The notes beneath the pieces were generated by a model, which was not told the DNA's origin, did no database searches, and saw only the letters and a program-made list of their open reading frames with translations. Positions 49,804-58,551 of a stretch of 64,000 nt of DNA are shown piece by piece. Source of the DNA: Dehalococcoidia bacterium (GTDB lineage: Bacteria > Chloroflexota > Dehalococcoidia > Plut-88900); the NCBI GenBank assembly GCA_965197585.1, contig OZ240215.1:1696001-1760000 (forward strand), in the 5' to 3' direction. Position 1 is the first letter of the stretch. The number at the start of each line of letters is the position of its first letter. A program made the position numbers and the translations under genes.

Positions 49804-50553
49804 TCACTGCTCCAACTCGAGCATCCGCTTCTCAGCAGCCTTAATTCTGCGCCGATTAGCGAGCTTTGAAAGCCATATCCCTATCTCGTAAAGCACGATG
49901 ATTGGGCTGGCGAGAAGCGTCTGGTTAAAAGGGTCGAACGTGGGTGTAAAGATGGCTGCCGCTATAAACGCACCGACAATCGCCAGCTTCCTCCTCTTGG
50001 CAAAACTGCCTGGCTTCACAACCCCCAGCCTGGACAACAGGGTCATGACCAGAGGCGTCTGGAACGAAAGCCCGACCCACAATGTGAGAGCGAGAATCAA
50101 GTTGATGTAGCGCCCGATTCTGATATTGGCCTCGGCTACATCCCCCCCGAAGTTTAGGAGAAAGTTGAGGGCGGGGGGAATTAGGATGAACCAGGCAAAC
50201 ACTACGCCCGCGGCAAAGGAGAGGATGATGCCGGGCACGGATACGAGCACATAGCGCTTCTCTCTGGGCGTGAGGCCCGGGGCTGCGAACATGATCATCT
50301 GGAAGAGGACTACGGGCATGGCCAGGATGAATCCACCAAGGAGCGCCACCTTGAAGTAGGTGGTTATGAATTCGGTGGGGTCGATATAGACCAGTGGGGT
50401 ATCGCCCGCGGGGCCCTTCAGGAATTCCAAAACGCGGAACGTAAACACGGCGGAAATGCCCGTGCCAACTAAAAGAGCCAGCAGGGACTTGATAAACCGG
50501 CTGCGCAGCTCGTTCAGATGCCCCAGTATGGAGATCTTGTCGGGCGCGCTCAT
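49804..50553 (-). CDS. tatC: Twin-arginine translocase TatC
   Basis: HLNELRSR, FAAPGLTPREKRY, AAIFTPTFDP, LYEIGIW. Confidence 0.95.
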   Translation of the reverse strand: MSAPDKISILGHLNELRSRFIKSLLALLVGTGISAVFTFRVLEFLKGPAGDTPLVYIDPTEFITTYFKVALLGGFILAMPVVLFQMIMFAAPGLTPREKRYVLVSVPGIILSFAAGVVFAWFILIPPALNFLLNFGGDVAEANIRIGRYINLILALTLWVGLSFQTPLVMTLLSRLGVVKPGSFAKRRKLAIVGAFIAAAIFTPTFDPFNQTLLASPIIVLYEIGIWLSKLANRRRIKAAEKRMLELEQ

Positions 50554-50843
50554 AGCTGGTGGGGGCCGGTGCGGTTTGGAGGAGGATCAACCTTGGTAGA
50601 AGGTGTCACGTCCTCTTCCCTATCCTCTGAATGGAAGCCGACCGGCTGGTCGGTCGTAACGGTAGTCTCGGCCTTTGACTCTTCCACAGCAGCCGAGGCA
50701 AGACCTTGCGCAGCGCGCTGAAACTCTTGGACCGCCCCGCGGAGGGACGTGACAAGTGAGATGAGTTTAGAAGGCCCGAAAAGCACCAAGGCTAGCGCCA
50801 GGATGACTAGGATTTCCAGGATTCCGACGTTTAGCGGGTTCAA
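50550..50843 (-). CDS. TatA/TatB family subunit (probably TatB)
   Basis: VGILEILVILALALVLFGPSKL; overlaps the tatC start. Confidence 0.82.
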   Translation of the reverse strand: MNPLNVGILEILVILALALVLFGPSKLISLVTSLRGAVQEFQRAAQGLASAAVEESKAETTVTTDQPVGFHSEDREEDVTPSTKVDPPPNRTGPHQL

Positions 50844-50954
50844 AACTGAGTATCGCCTAGTTTATCGGCCCATTTGACTGGTACCCTTGGGAGTATAGCA
50901 TGGTGTTAGATGTTCCCCCTGATCCCGTTCACATAGAGGAGTGACATTAACCTA

Positions 50955-50984
50955 TTGACAGGATAAGTACGGTTGTTCTATATT
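50955..50984 (+). promoter_or_regulatory. Sigma70-like promoter with overlapping LexA-like box (locus 2)
   Basis: TTGACA-N18-TATATT; AGTAC-ggtt-GTTCT at 50966-50979. Confidence 0.65.
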
Positions 50985-50990
50985 GGTGCC

Positions 50991-51667
50991 AGGTCTAGAC
51001 CACTACCCTCAACCACCTTAAGGAGGAACCAACACCCAGGGAAGCCCACCCGACCCACCCGAGGACTCAACGCCTCAGCCCATCCCAACGGCCCTCGCGC
51101 AGGCCCGCGGCTCAAGCGAAACGTCCCCCTACGGAGGACCGCCATCTCCTCATCCCCACCGGGTCCCGTGCACCCTTCCCTGACCCCCAGGCGATGGAAA
51201 GACGCCCTGGTTCGCTATCGTTCCATGTGAGGCTCCTAACGGAGATGCCGCTCCTTCAAGCGGAATAGCGGTCGGATAGGCCCGGCGCCGAGGCACTCTC
51301 GGTACCCCGTCCGCTTAATGAAGCCGGGAGCCGGTGGTCTACGCGCTCCGGGTCGCACCGGCAAACTTGGACACATTACGCCTGCAAGAGGCTCCACCCG
51401 GACGCTGGACGAGCCTCCTAGCCGCCCTATAGCGGTGCAGCCAACCCCCCGGAGTCAGGCTCGGACCTGCTGGCCCTGAAGGTCCCTGCCCATGTCCAGC
51501 GTATACAGGGCCACAGGCCGCAGCAGCGGCAAAAGCGGGCCGGGCACCCTTGCCTCAGGGCGTCGGAGCACCCGAGGCACAGGAACAGGGGCAGCGTCCA
51601 GCAAGCGTCTTCCATCGCCAACCCAAAACCCAACAGACAGAACGGAAACCGAAACCCCACAATCGAA
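50991..51667 (+). ncRNA. Candidate large structured ncRNA, copy 2
   Basis: Paralogous to 32203-32800; long-range helix 51190-51205/51605-51619; many hairpins; no credible ORF; ends approximate. Confidence 0.6.
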
Positions 51668-51794
51668 GATGGAACATCCGCCTTGGGTGGGTCCGCCTCT
51701 GGAGGACTGAAGAAAAGGCCAGTGTGTCACTAATCTATTGAACGAATACACCCCCTTTCCCCTCCTCCCCTAACCCTGTTAACATTCTCGGCGC

Positions 51795-52088
51795 ATGGAA
51801 CGGGAACACCTTCAGCGATTGATCCTCGAATCCGTTGAGGATTCTGCCATCGAACCATTCAAGGGCCGGGTCCCTGTCGGCCTCGGCAGGTCCACCGCCC
51901 GTGCCCTCATGTTCAAGATCACCTGCGATTGCGGCGTTACCGCCATGCTGTCGGTTGATACACCGGAAGAGGCCTCGGAAGAGAAGCTCCACGACATGGT
52001 CCCCCATCTAGCCAAAACCCTCGACAATCAGGCCTCCCAGTTCAAGCGCATCCCCTGTGATGCCCACTCCCGCATGTCTATGGGTTAG
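51795..52088 (+). CDS. Hypothetical protein with Cys motifs
   Basis: 97-aa ORF with normal composition, directly upstream of the oxidoreductase; ITCDCG and PCDAH. Confidence 0.65.
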   Translation: MEREHLQRLILESVEDSAIEPFKGRVPVGLGRSTARALMFKITCDCGVTAMLSVDTPEEASEEKLHDMVPHLAKTLDNQASQFKRIPCDAHSRMSMG

Positions 52089-52112
52089 CCTTTCCCACGC
52101 CAGGAGAAAATC

Positions 52113-53228
52113 ATGCAATCATCGGACGTTGTCATACTGGGCGGAGGAATCGCCGGCTGCCTCACCGCTTACTACTTGGCGCAGCGCGGGGTCAAAGCCA
52201 CTGTCATAGAGCGAGAGGCTATCGGAAGCCACGCCTCCGGATACGCTTTCGGGGGCCTGAGCTACCATAGCGGCTCCGGGATCCCCGGCCCGGTCTTCCC
52301 TATTGCCAAGGCCGGCTACTTCCTCCACGAAGATCTTTACGATGACCTCCTCGAAGTCACAGGTGTCGATACCCATTACCGCAAGGGCGCCAACGTCAAG
52401 ATTGCCTTCACTTCTCAGGAGGCACGAGACCTCGAGGAGGAAGTCGCCTGGCAGACCAAACTCGGCATCGATTCCAAGATCATCGACCTTGCCCAGGTCC
52501 AGCAGATCGAACCTCGCGTAAATCCCGAGGCCATCAGTTTCCGATACATCGAGGAGTCAGCTGCGGTGGAAGCTTACCGATTGTCTGTCGCTGTTATGCA
52601 GGCTGCAGAGAAGCTAGGTGCAGTCCTAAGGCACGGCAACGTCGTTGGCATAAAGCGTAACGGCTCCCGCCCAGAGGCCATATTGACTGAGAGTGGTGAG
52701 GAAATACCCTGTGACACCGTAGTCGTGGCCATGGGCCCATGGAGCACCGATGCCGCTTCCTGGCTCGATTTTCCCGTGCCCATTTGGCCCCTCAAGGGAC
52801 AGATAGTCCGACTCGAGATGCCCGGGGAGCCCTTAGCCTGCTGGTTCGGATACCACGACAGCTACTGTGGCACCAAGGCCGACGGCCTAACCTGGTGCGG
52901 CACCACCGAGGAGAACGCAGGATTCGACGTGAGTACACACGTCCAGGCCATGAATAGCGTCATTGCCGACGCCGTTAAGATGATCCCCTCCCTCGCCGAG
53001 GCCCGTCTCGCCCTACAGACCGCCTGCCTCCGACCCATGGCCTCCGACCTCTTTCCCATCGTCGGCCCCGTACCCGGATGGGAGGGCGTCTACATGTGCA
53101 CCGGAGGCGGACGTAAAGGCATACTCCTGGGCCCCGGTATGGCTAAAATAGTCGCCGACCTCATTACAACCGGCCAGTCAGACATAGAGCACTCCGGAAT
53201 CCTCCCCTCCCGATTCTCCAAAGACTAA
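52113..53228 (+). CDS. FAD-dependent oxidoreductase (glycine oxidase/DAO family)
   Basis: GGGIAG dinucleotide-binding motif; PLKGQ; CLRP; GILLGP; AGGAG RBS. Confidence 0.88.
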   Translation: MQSSDVVILGGGIAGCLTAYYLAQRGVKATVIEREAIGSHASGYAFGGLSYHSGSGIPGPVFPIAKAGYFLHEDLYDDLLEVTGVDTHYRKGANVKIAFTSQEARDLEEEVAWQTKLGIDSKIIDLAQVQQIEPRVNPEAISFRYIEESAAVEAYRLSVAVMQAAEKLGAVLRHGNVVGIKRNGSRPEAILTESGEEIPCDTVVVAMGPWSTDAASWLDFPVPIWPLKGQIVRLEMPGEPLACWFGYHDSYCGTKADGLTWCGTTEENAGFDVSTHVQAMNSVIADAVKMIPSLAEARLALQTACLRPMASDLFPIVGPVPGWEGVYMCTGGGRKGILLGPGMAKIVADLITTGQSDIEHSGILPSRFSKD

Positions 53229-53258
53229 CCTCGCTTCTACAACCAACTCGTCCCCTCC

Positions 53259-53288
53259 GTCATTCCGGCCGCCGGGAGCCGGAATCCA
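53259..53288 (+). repeat. Repeat family C (GTCATTCCGGC...CCGGAATCCA), representative copy
   Basis: Further copies at 29247, 32048, and one split by IS481 (18349/19413). Confidence 0.8.
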
Positions 53289-53462
53289 TCCCATTAGACC
53301 ACGATAGACGTAGCATCTTCCCTCGCCAGCGACCTATACCATGTCATCCCGAGGCTCCGCGAGGGATCTAAGGCATAAGCCAAGTAATCTCACTCCTCTT
53401 AGACTACCATCCGAGCCCGAGAGAACTCCCTCTCTCCTCACCATTCGATCTGCAACAAAAAG

Positions 53463-53502
53463 AACCTCCGGACTGCTCGTTTAAACGAGCAGTCCGGAGG
53501 TT
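53463..53502. terminator. Bidirectional terminator-like perfect palindrome
   Basis: AACCTCCGGACTGCTCGTTT / AAACGAGCAGTCCGGAGGTT between convergent genes, with A- and T-rich flanks. Confidence 0.75.
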
Positions 53503-53544
53503 TCTTATCTCAAATTGGCGGGAGGAGAAAGAGGAAGCGCTTAG

Positions 53545-53874
53545 CTACTTCTTCTTAGCGCTCCCTCGACGCCCCGAGCCCGCCTTGGGCTTGGCCGACG
53601 GTGTCGGGTCGCTCATCATCTTGTTAAGGCCCTTCATAAGCCTCGACGCGGTCCTGGACGCCTTGTTCGGGTGTATGTAACCCCGGGACCCGGCCTTGTC
53701 CAAAGAAGACACCGCCGCCCGCGCCGATCTCTGTGCCGCGGCCACGTCTCCCTGTTCCGCCGAAGTCCTCGCGATCTTAACTGTTGTTTTCAGGGCGCTT
53801 GTCACACGGCGGTTTATTATCGTCTTTCGTGCTGTCACCCTTGCCGATTTCTCTGCGGACTTTGAATTGGCCAA
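53545..53874 (-). CDS. rpsT: 30S ribosomal protein S20
   Basis: MANSKSAEK...LDKAGSRGYIHPNKASR. Confidence 0.93.
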   Translation of the reverse strand: MANSKSAEKSARVTARKTIINRRVTSALKTTVKIARTSAEQGDVAAAQRSARAAVSSLDKAGSRGYIHPNKASRTASRLMKGLNKMMSDPTPSAKPKAGSGRRGSAKKK

Positions 53875-53901
53875 TCTGCTAAGTTCCTCCCGACGCTACG
53901 A

Positions 53902-56085
53902 CTATCCGACCGTCTTTACGGACTGCGAAAGGTGATCGCTTCTCCTGACACGTAGCACTCCCGGCACCGTTTCCAGCCGGTTGAATATTCGGCTTAGCTG
54001 GCTGATGCCGTTCGTACCCAGACTCAAGTATTCCGTAACCGTCCCGTCCTCGTGCGCCTCAGATAATACTCCCGATATATTTACTTTTTCTGCCGAAACT
54101 ACTGTCGTAATGTCCCTCAGCAACCCCACCCTGTCCTTGCCTTCGATTTCGATTCTAACAGGGTACAGCCGTGCAGTCGAACCCCACCCTACCTCGATTA
54201 GCCTCTCCGGTTCCGTCACGTTAGTTATATTGTAACAAGACTTCCGATGGACGCTCACCCCTTGTGCCCTAGTGATGAAGCCCATAATCTCGTTGCCCGG
54301 CAGGGGTTGGCAGCACTTCGCGAGGCGGGTCAGCACATCTCCCACACCCAGTACCGTGACTCCTCCGGTAAAGCCCTTATCAATATCCGGCCCCGGACCA
54401 TAGTCGGGCGCTTGCTTCTCCGTACCCGATAGCCGAGTTGCAATCTGGTGGATGCTGATCGCTCCCGACCCGATAGCCGCGTACAGGTCCTCCCTCGTCG
54501 TGAAGCTCAGCTTGTCAGCTATTTCATCAACCGTAAATTCCAGCGCTAGCCGCTTTCGCTCTTTCTCGATAAGGTCTTGGCCGCGCTGCATGTTCTCGAC
54601 CCGTTCCTGTTTCCTGAACCATACGCGGATGGCCTGCCTTGCCCCGGCCGTGTTCACATACCCCAGGTCCGGGTTCAGCCAGTCGAGCCTCGGCCCCTGG
54701 ATTCTCTTGCTGGTCAGTATCTGTACCGTGTCCCCGTTCTCCAGCTGATAGTCCAGCGACGTGAGCTTGCCGTTTACCTTGGCCCCGCTGCACTTGTGCC
54801 CAATGTCTGTGTGGATCCGGTATGCGAAGTCTATCGGCGTGGCACCCGCCGGAAGCTCCTTGACCTCCCCTTTAGGCGTGTACACGAACACCTGGTTCGG
54901 TAGCAGGTCCGTCTTGACCGACTCCAGGAACTCCTCCGCCCCCGACACGTCCCTCTGCCATTCCAGCAGCTGTCGCACCCACGTCATTCGCTCTTCAAAG
55001 TGGCTCGTGCCCTTCGCCCCCTCCTTGTATCGCCAGTGTGCCGCTATCCCAAACTCTGACACCTGGTGCATCTCGAAGGTGCGGATCTGGACCTCCATCG
55101 GCACCCCGCCTTCGGCCATGACACTCGTGTGCAGCGACTGATAGCTGTTCTCCCTAGGATTGGCTATATAGTCGTCAAACTGACCGGGTATCGGATGCCA
55201 AAGCGCATGCGCTACTCCCAACGCGCCGTAACAGTCAGCTACTTGCTTCACCAGGACCCGTAAGGCGAACAGATCGTGAATCTGGTCGAACTCCTTGCCC
55301 TGTGCCGTATACCTAGCCATCTTCCGGTGGATGCTGTATATGTGCTTCGGCCTACCCGTCACCTCCGCCTCTATCCCGGCATCATCCAACGCCGACTTCA
55401 ACAAATAGGTGACCTGGGAGACGTAGCGTTCCCGCTTTGCCCGCTTCTGGGTCAACAAGCGGGATATCTCCCGATACCTGTCGGGCTGTAGCACGCGGAA
55501 GGCCAGGTCTTCCAGTTTCCACTTTAGATCGGCCATCCCGAGCCGGTGTGCCAAAGGAGCATAGATGTCCAATGTCTCCCGAGCAACGTTTAGCTGACGC
55601 TGTCGGGGCAGTGCCCTGAGTGTGCTCATGTTGTGCAGTCGGTCGGCCAGCTTAATCAGCACCACCCGGATGTCCTGCGCCATGGCCACCAGCATCTTGC
55701 GCAGGTTCTCGGCCTGAGTCGCCGAGTCGTCCATGTTGTGCCCGTTTGTCCTCCGGATGGCCATGAGTTCCAGCCTGGTCAGCTTGGACACCCCGTCGAC
55801 CAGCCGCGACACCTCCGGCCCGAACCGTTCGTCCAACTGCTCCGGCGTGACATCGCAGTCCTCTATCACGTCGTGAAGTAGAGCAGCAGCGATGCAGTTG
55901 GCATCCAGCTTCAAGTCCGCCAGGTGCAGTGCCGTGGATAGAGGGTGCTGAATGTACGGCTCCCCCGACATCCGTGCCTGTCCCCTATGACTCAGCTCCG
56001 CAAAATCGTACGCGTCCGACACAAACCCGACCCTGTCCTCGGGCAAATACCTCTCTAAGCTGGAAAGAAGCTTCTCTTTATTCAT
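53902..56085 (-). CDS. rel: Bifunctional (p)ppGpp synthetase/hydrolase (long RSH)
   Basis: SGEPYIQHP, LLHDVIED, IKLADRLHNM, YQSLHT, EVQIRT, TGS and ACT domains. Confidence 0.95.
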   Translation of the reverse strand: MNKEKLLSSLERYLPEDRVGFVSDAYDFAELSHRGQARMSGEPYIQHPLSTALHLADLKLDANCIAAALLHDVIEDCDVTPEQLDERFGPEVSRLVDGVSKLTRLELMAIRRTNGHNMDDSATQAENLRKMLVAMAQDIRVVLIKLADRLHNMSTLRALPRQRQLNVARETLDIYAPLAHRLGMADLKWKLEDLAFRVLQPDRYREISRLLTQKRAKRERYVSQVTYLLKSALDDAGIEAEVTGRPKHIYSIHRKMARYTAQGKEFDQIHDLFALRVLVKQVADCYGALGVAHALWHPIPGQFDDYIANPRENSYQSLHTSVMAEGGVPMEVQIRTFEMHQVSEFGIAAHWRYKEGAKGTSHFEERMTWVRQLLEWQRDVSGAEEFLESVKTDLLPNQVFVYTPKGEVKELPAGATPIDFAYRIHTDIGHKCSGAKVNGKLTSLDYQLENGDTVQILTSKRIQGPRLDWLNPDLGYVNTAGARQAIRVWFRKQERVENMQRGQDLIEKERKRLALEFTVDEIADKLSFTTREDLYAAIGSGAISIHQIATRLSGTEKQAPDYGPGPDIDKGFTGGVTVLGVGDVLTRLAKCCQPLPGNEIMGFITRAQGVSVHRKSCYNITNVTEPERLIEVGWGSTARLYPVRIEIEGKDRVGLLRDITTVVSAEKVNISGVLSEAHEDGTVTEYLSLGTNGISQLSRIFNRLETVPGVLRVRRSDHLSQSVKTVG

Positions 56086-56199
56086 CGCTTACACTTGCCG
56101 GAAATCAGCATAAGTCAGTATAGCCCACGCCAACTCACCCTTTCAATTTCACCCAGCGTCCCAGTCCCTCACAATCGACGCACTGTTCTTGTTGAGTCT

Positions 56200-57069
56200 T
56201 CATGCTTTTGGGTCTCTTCTGGAGGTCCGACGTCGGGACAATCTGCGGTTAAGGTTTGCGCGTGCGGCAACGAGATCTACCTGCGCTTTGACAACTCTGT
56301 CTAGATCAGAATCCTCCTGGTAATCGGCAGGGACAACACAGTTGACACGATTATCTTTAAGAAACTGGTTAGCCGCCATAAGTGCATTTTTGCCACGGGG
56401 TTCATAAACCGCTATGGAGAGTCCGCCAGAGTCTTTGACTAGTCTGAAGCACGGAATATCATTCGCGCTGTCCCCAACATAAATCATATTTTCAAATGGT
56501 ACCGGGCGGTCTTTCATCTCTACGAATTCGTTAATCCTCTTGTCATCTGTCAATTCGTGCGCGTCTTTGTTGATTCTGAAAAGAAACTGGGTTTTCGTAG
56601 TGTAATTAACTACCTGCGCAGGCCACGTGGCGACTTCATGTTGGTCGAACAGGAACCTGGATGCGTAGATTTCCTTGAAATGCCGCTCTATCTTAGTCCC
56701 CTCAATAATTTCTGCATTACCTGATGACACAATATAATGCTCGTTAGTGACATTCTTGCATTCGCTGTAGGCATTAATCCGGTCGAACCATTCTTCGACC
56801 CCCTCATAAAATGCAACTCTACTACCTTGCTCACGAAAGCCTTTCCGATCTACCTTTACACCTTTCTCATTCGCCTTTTTTAGCATGAGGTGCATGTACA
56901 TTAGAATCTTGTCTGCTTTATGAATTTCACAGAGGTAATTGACCTCCGACCAAAAATCTTTGGGGCTCATTCCGATATCAGGAATGAACTGGGGTTCCTG
57001 CATATTGCCGGGAGCCAATGTCCCGTCAAAGTCATAGATGATTGCTAATCGTGTGTTCTGCTTGGGCAT
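56200..57069 (-). CDS. HAD-family hydrolase (AT-richer gene)
   Basis: IYDFDGTLAPGNMQE, IVSSG, YVGDSANDIPC; start probably 57069. Confidence 0.85.
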   Translation of the reverse strand: MPKQNTRLAIIYDFDGTLAPGNMQEPQFIPDIGMSPKDFWSEVNYLCEIHKADKILMYMHLMLKKANEKGVKVDRKGFREQGSRVAFYEGVEEWFDRINAYSECKNVTNEHYIVSSGNAEIIEGTKIERHFKEIYASRFLFDQHEVATWPAQVVNYTTKTQFLFRINKDAHELTDDKRINEFVEMKDRPVPFENMIYVGDSANDIPCFRLVKDSGGLSIAVYEPRGKNALMAANQFLKDNRVNCVVPADYQEDSDLDRVVKAQVDLVAARANLNRRLSRRRTSRRDPKA

Positions 57070-57389
57070 TTCGTGTCCTAACTCATTAAGCCAACGTTTC
57101 TTGTCTTCACCCGACCCCCTCTCTCTTCTAGATTCCATGCTTCAAGAGACTGCTCCGACTCCGTACGGCTCTCCCAAAAATCTCGGAGTGTTTTCTTAGC
57201 AATTATCCACACTGCAAATCATACATGCTCCTCTTACACGACGTAATACGTTATTCCCATTTGTTGAACAAGTAGTGCATAGCAACTGAGACACACTCCA
57301 TTCCAGGCCCCCAAATCGATAGGCTCGAAGCCCCAGCCCGAACTCCGAAAATCAAAGACCAAAATCCCCCAATCCGCTAAAATCCATCC

Positions 57390-58472
57390 ATGCAACCCGA
57401 CCCTTGGCGCTATATCCTCCACGCTGACCTCGACGCCTTCTACGCCTCCGTAGAGCAGCTCGACAATCCGCGCTATCGGGGCCTACCCCTGGTCGTAGGC
57501 GGCTCTCCCACGGTTCGCGGGGTAGTGGCTGCCGCCTCCTACGAGGCCCGCGAGTTCGGCATCCGTTCCGCTATGCCCATGCGCACCGCCCTCCGGCTCC
57601 ACCCTCCCGTCATCCGAGTCCCGCCCCGCTTTGACCGCTACCGGGAGCTCTCCGAACAGGTCATGGCCGTCTACCGGGCCCTCACCCCCCTCGTCGAACC
57701 CCTCTCCCTAGATGAAGCCTACATGGACATCAGTGAGCAGGTGCCTCGCGGCTCCGTACAGCGAACGGCAGCCGAACTAAAAGCGGACATACTAAAGGCA
57801 ACTGGCCTACCTGTCACCGTCGGCGGTGGAATCTCCAAGACCGTGGCCAAGATAGCTTCCCAACTCGGAAAGCCCGACGGCCTGCTCCTCGTCAGACCCG
57901 GCGAAGAAGTGGAGTTCCTTAGACCCTTGGATGTAGGCCTTCTCTGGGGTGTCGGGGAAAAATCCGCCGAGCTTCTCCGCCGCTATGGCATCGACACCAT
58001 AGGCGACCTGGCAGACCGTAAGGACGCTTGGTTAAGCCATACCTTCGGAAAGCGCGGCCCAGAGCTCAAGGAGCGAGCCCTTGGCCTTGACCGCGAGCCC
58101 GTAGTCCCCTCCCGCGAGACCAAGTCCGTCAGTTCGGAGACTACCTTCCCAACGGACGTCGGCAGCCGAGACCGTATGGAGGCATTCCTCAAAGATCTAT
58201 CCGATGAGGTCAGCTCCCGACTCAAGAAAGAGGGGCTCCGAGGCAAGACCGTCTCCATTAAGCTCCGCCTGTCCGATTTCACCACCTTCACTCGCCAGCA
58301 GACATCTCTTTCACCCATCGACGACGCATCCGATATCTTCCGCTCAGCCCGTACTCTCCTGCGTCGGGAAATGAACCCCGGCCTGGAGTTCCGGCTATTG
58401 GGTGTCGGCGTCTCTGGATTCCAGGACTTCGGCCAGCTACCCCTGTTCTCTCTCGACGAAGAGGAATCTTAA
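57390..58472 (+). CDS. dinB: DNA polymerase IV
   Basis: ILHADLDAFYASVEQ, SYEAREFGIRSAMP, LSLDEAY, KPDG. Confidence 0.95.
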   Translation: MQPDPWRYILHADLDAFYASVEQLDNPRYRGLPLVVGGSPTVRGVVAAASYEAREFGIRSAMPMRTALRLHPPVIRVPPRFDRYRELSEQVMAVYRALTPLVEPLSLDEAYMDISEQVPRGSVQRTAAELKADILKATGLPVTVGGGISKTVAKIASQLGKPDGLLLVRPGEEVEFLRPLDVGLLWGVGEKSAELLRRYGIDTIGDLADRKDAWLSHTFGKRGPELKERALGLDREPVVPSRETKSVSSETTFPTDVGSRDRMEAFLKDLSDEVSSRLKKEGLRGKTVSIKLRLSDFTTFTRQQTSLSPIDDASDIFRSARTLLRREMNPGLEFRLLGVGVSGFQDFGQLPLFSLDEEES

Positions 58473-58551
58473 CCCGCTATCCTAATCTCGTTACACCCCC
58501 TGCGATATAATCTCCCCATCACCAACCGCCACCGCAACGGAGGAAACCGCC

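Noticed and set aside
32231-51201. The two loci as a DGR template/variable repeat pair or retron msr-msd
   Set aside because: Differences are not adenine-specific and include indels; neither copy lies in a CDS; no reverse transcriptase is in the window (a trans-acting one cannot be excluded).
50973-51751. Short ORFs across locus 2
   Set aside because: No recognisable domains; single-nucleotide indels relative to locus 1; the 50973 start lies inside the promoter.
9239-53369. Short palindromic repeats as a CRISPR array
   Set aside because: They are dispersed, have no regular spacers, and no cas genes are present.
57140-57390. LexA box upstream of dinB
   Set aside because: No convincing GAAC/GTAC-N4-GTTC match was seen, so dinB gives no in-window support for the SOS-box hypothesis.
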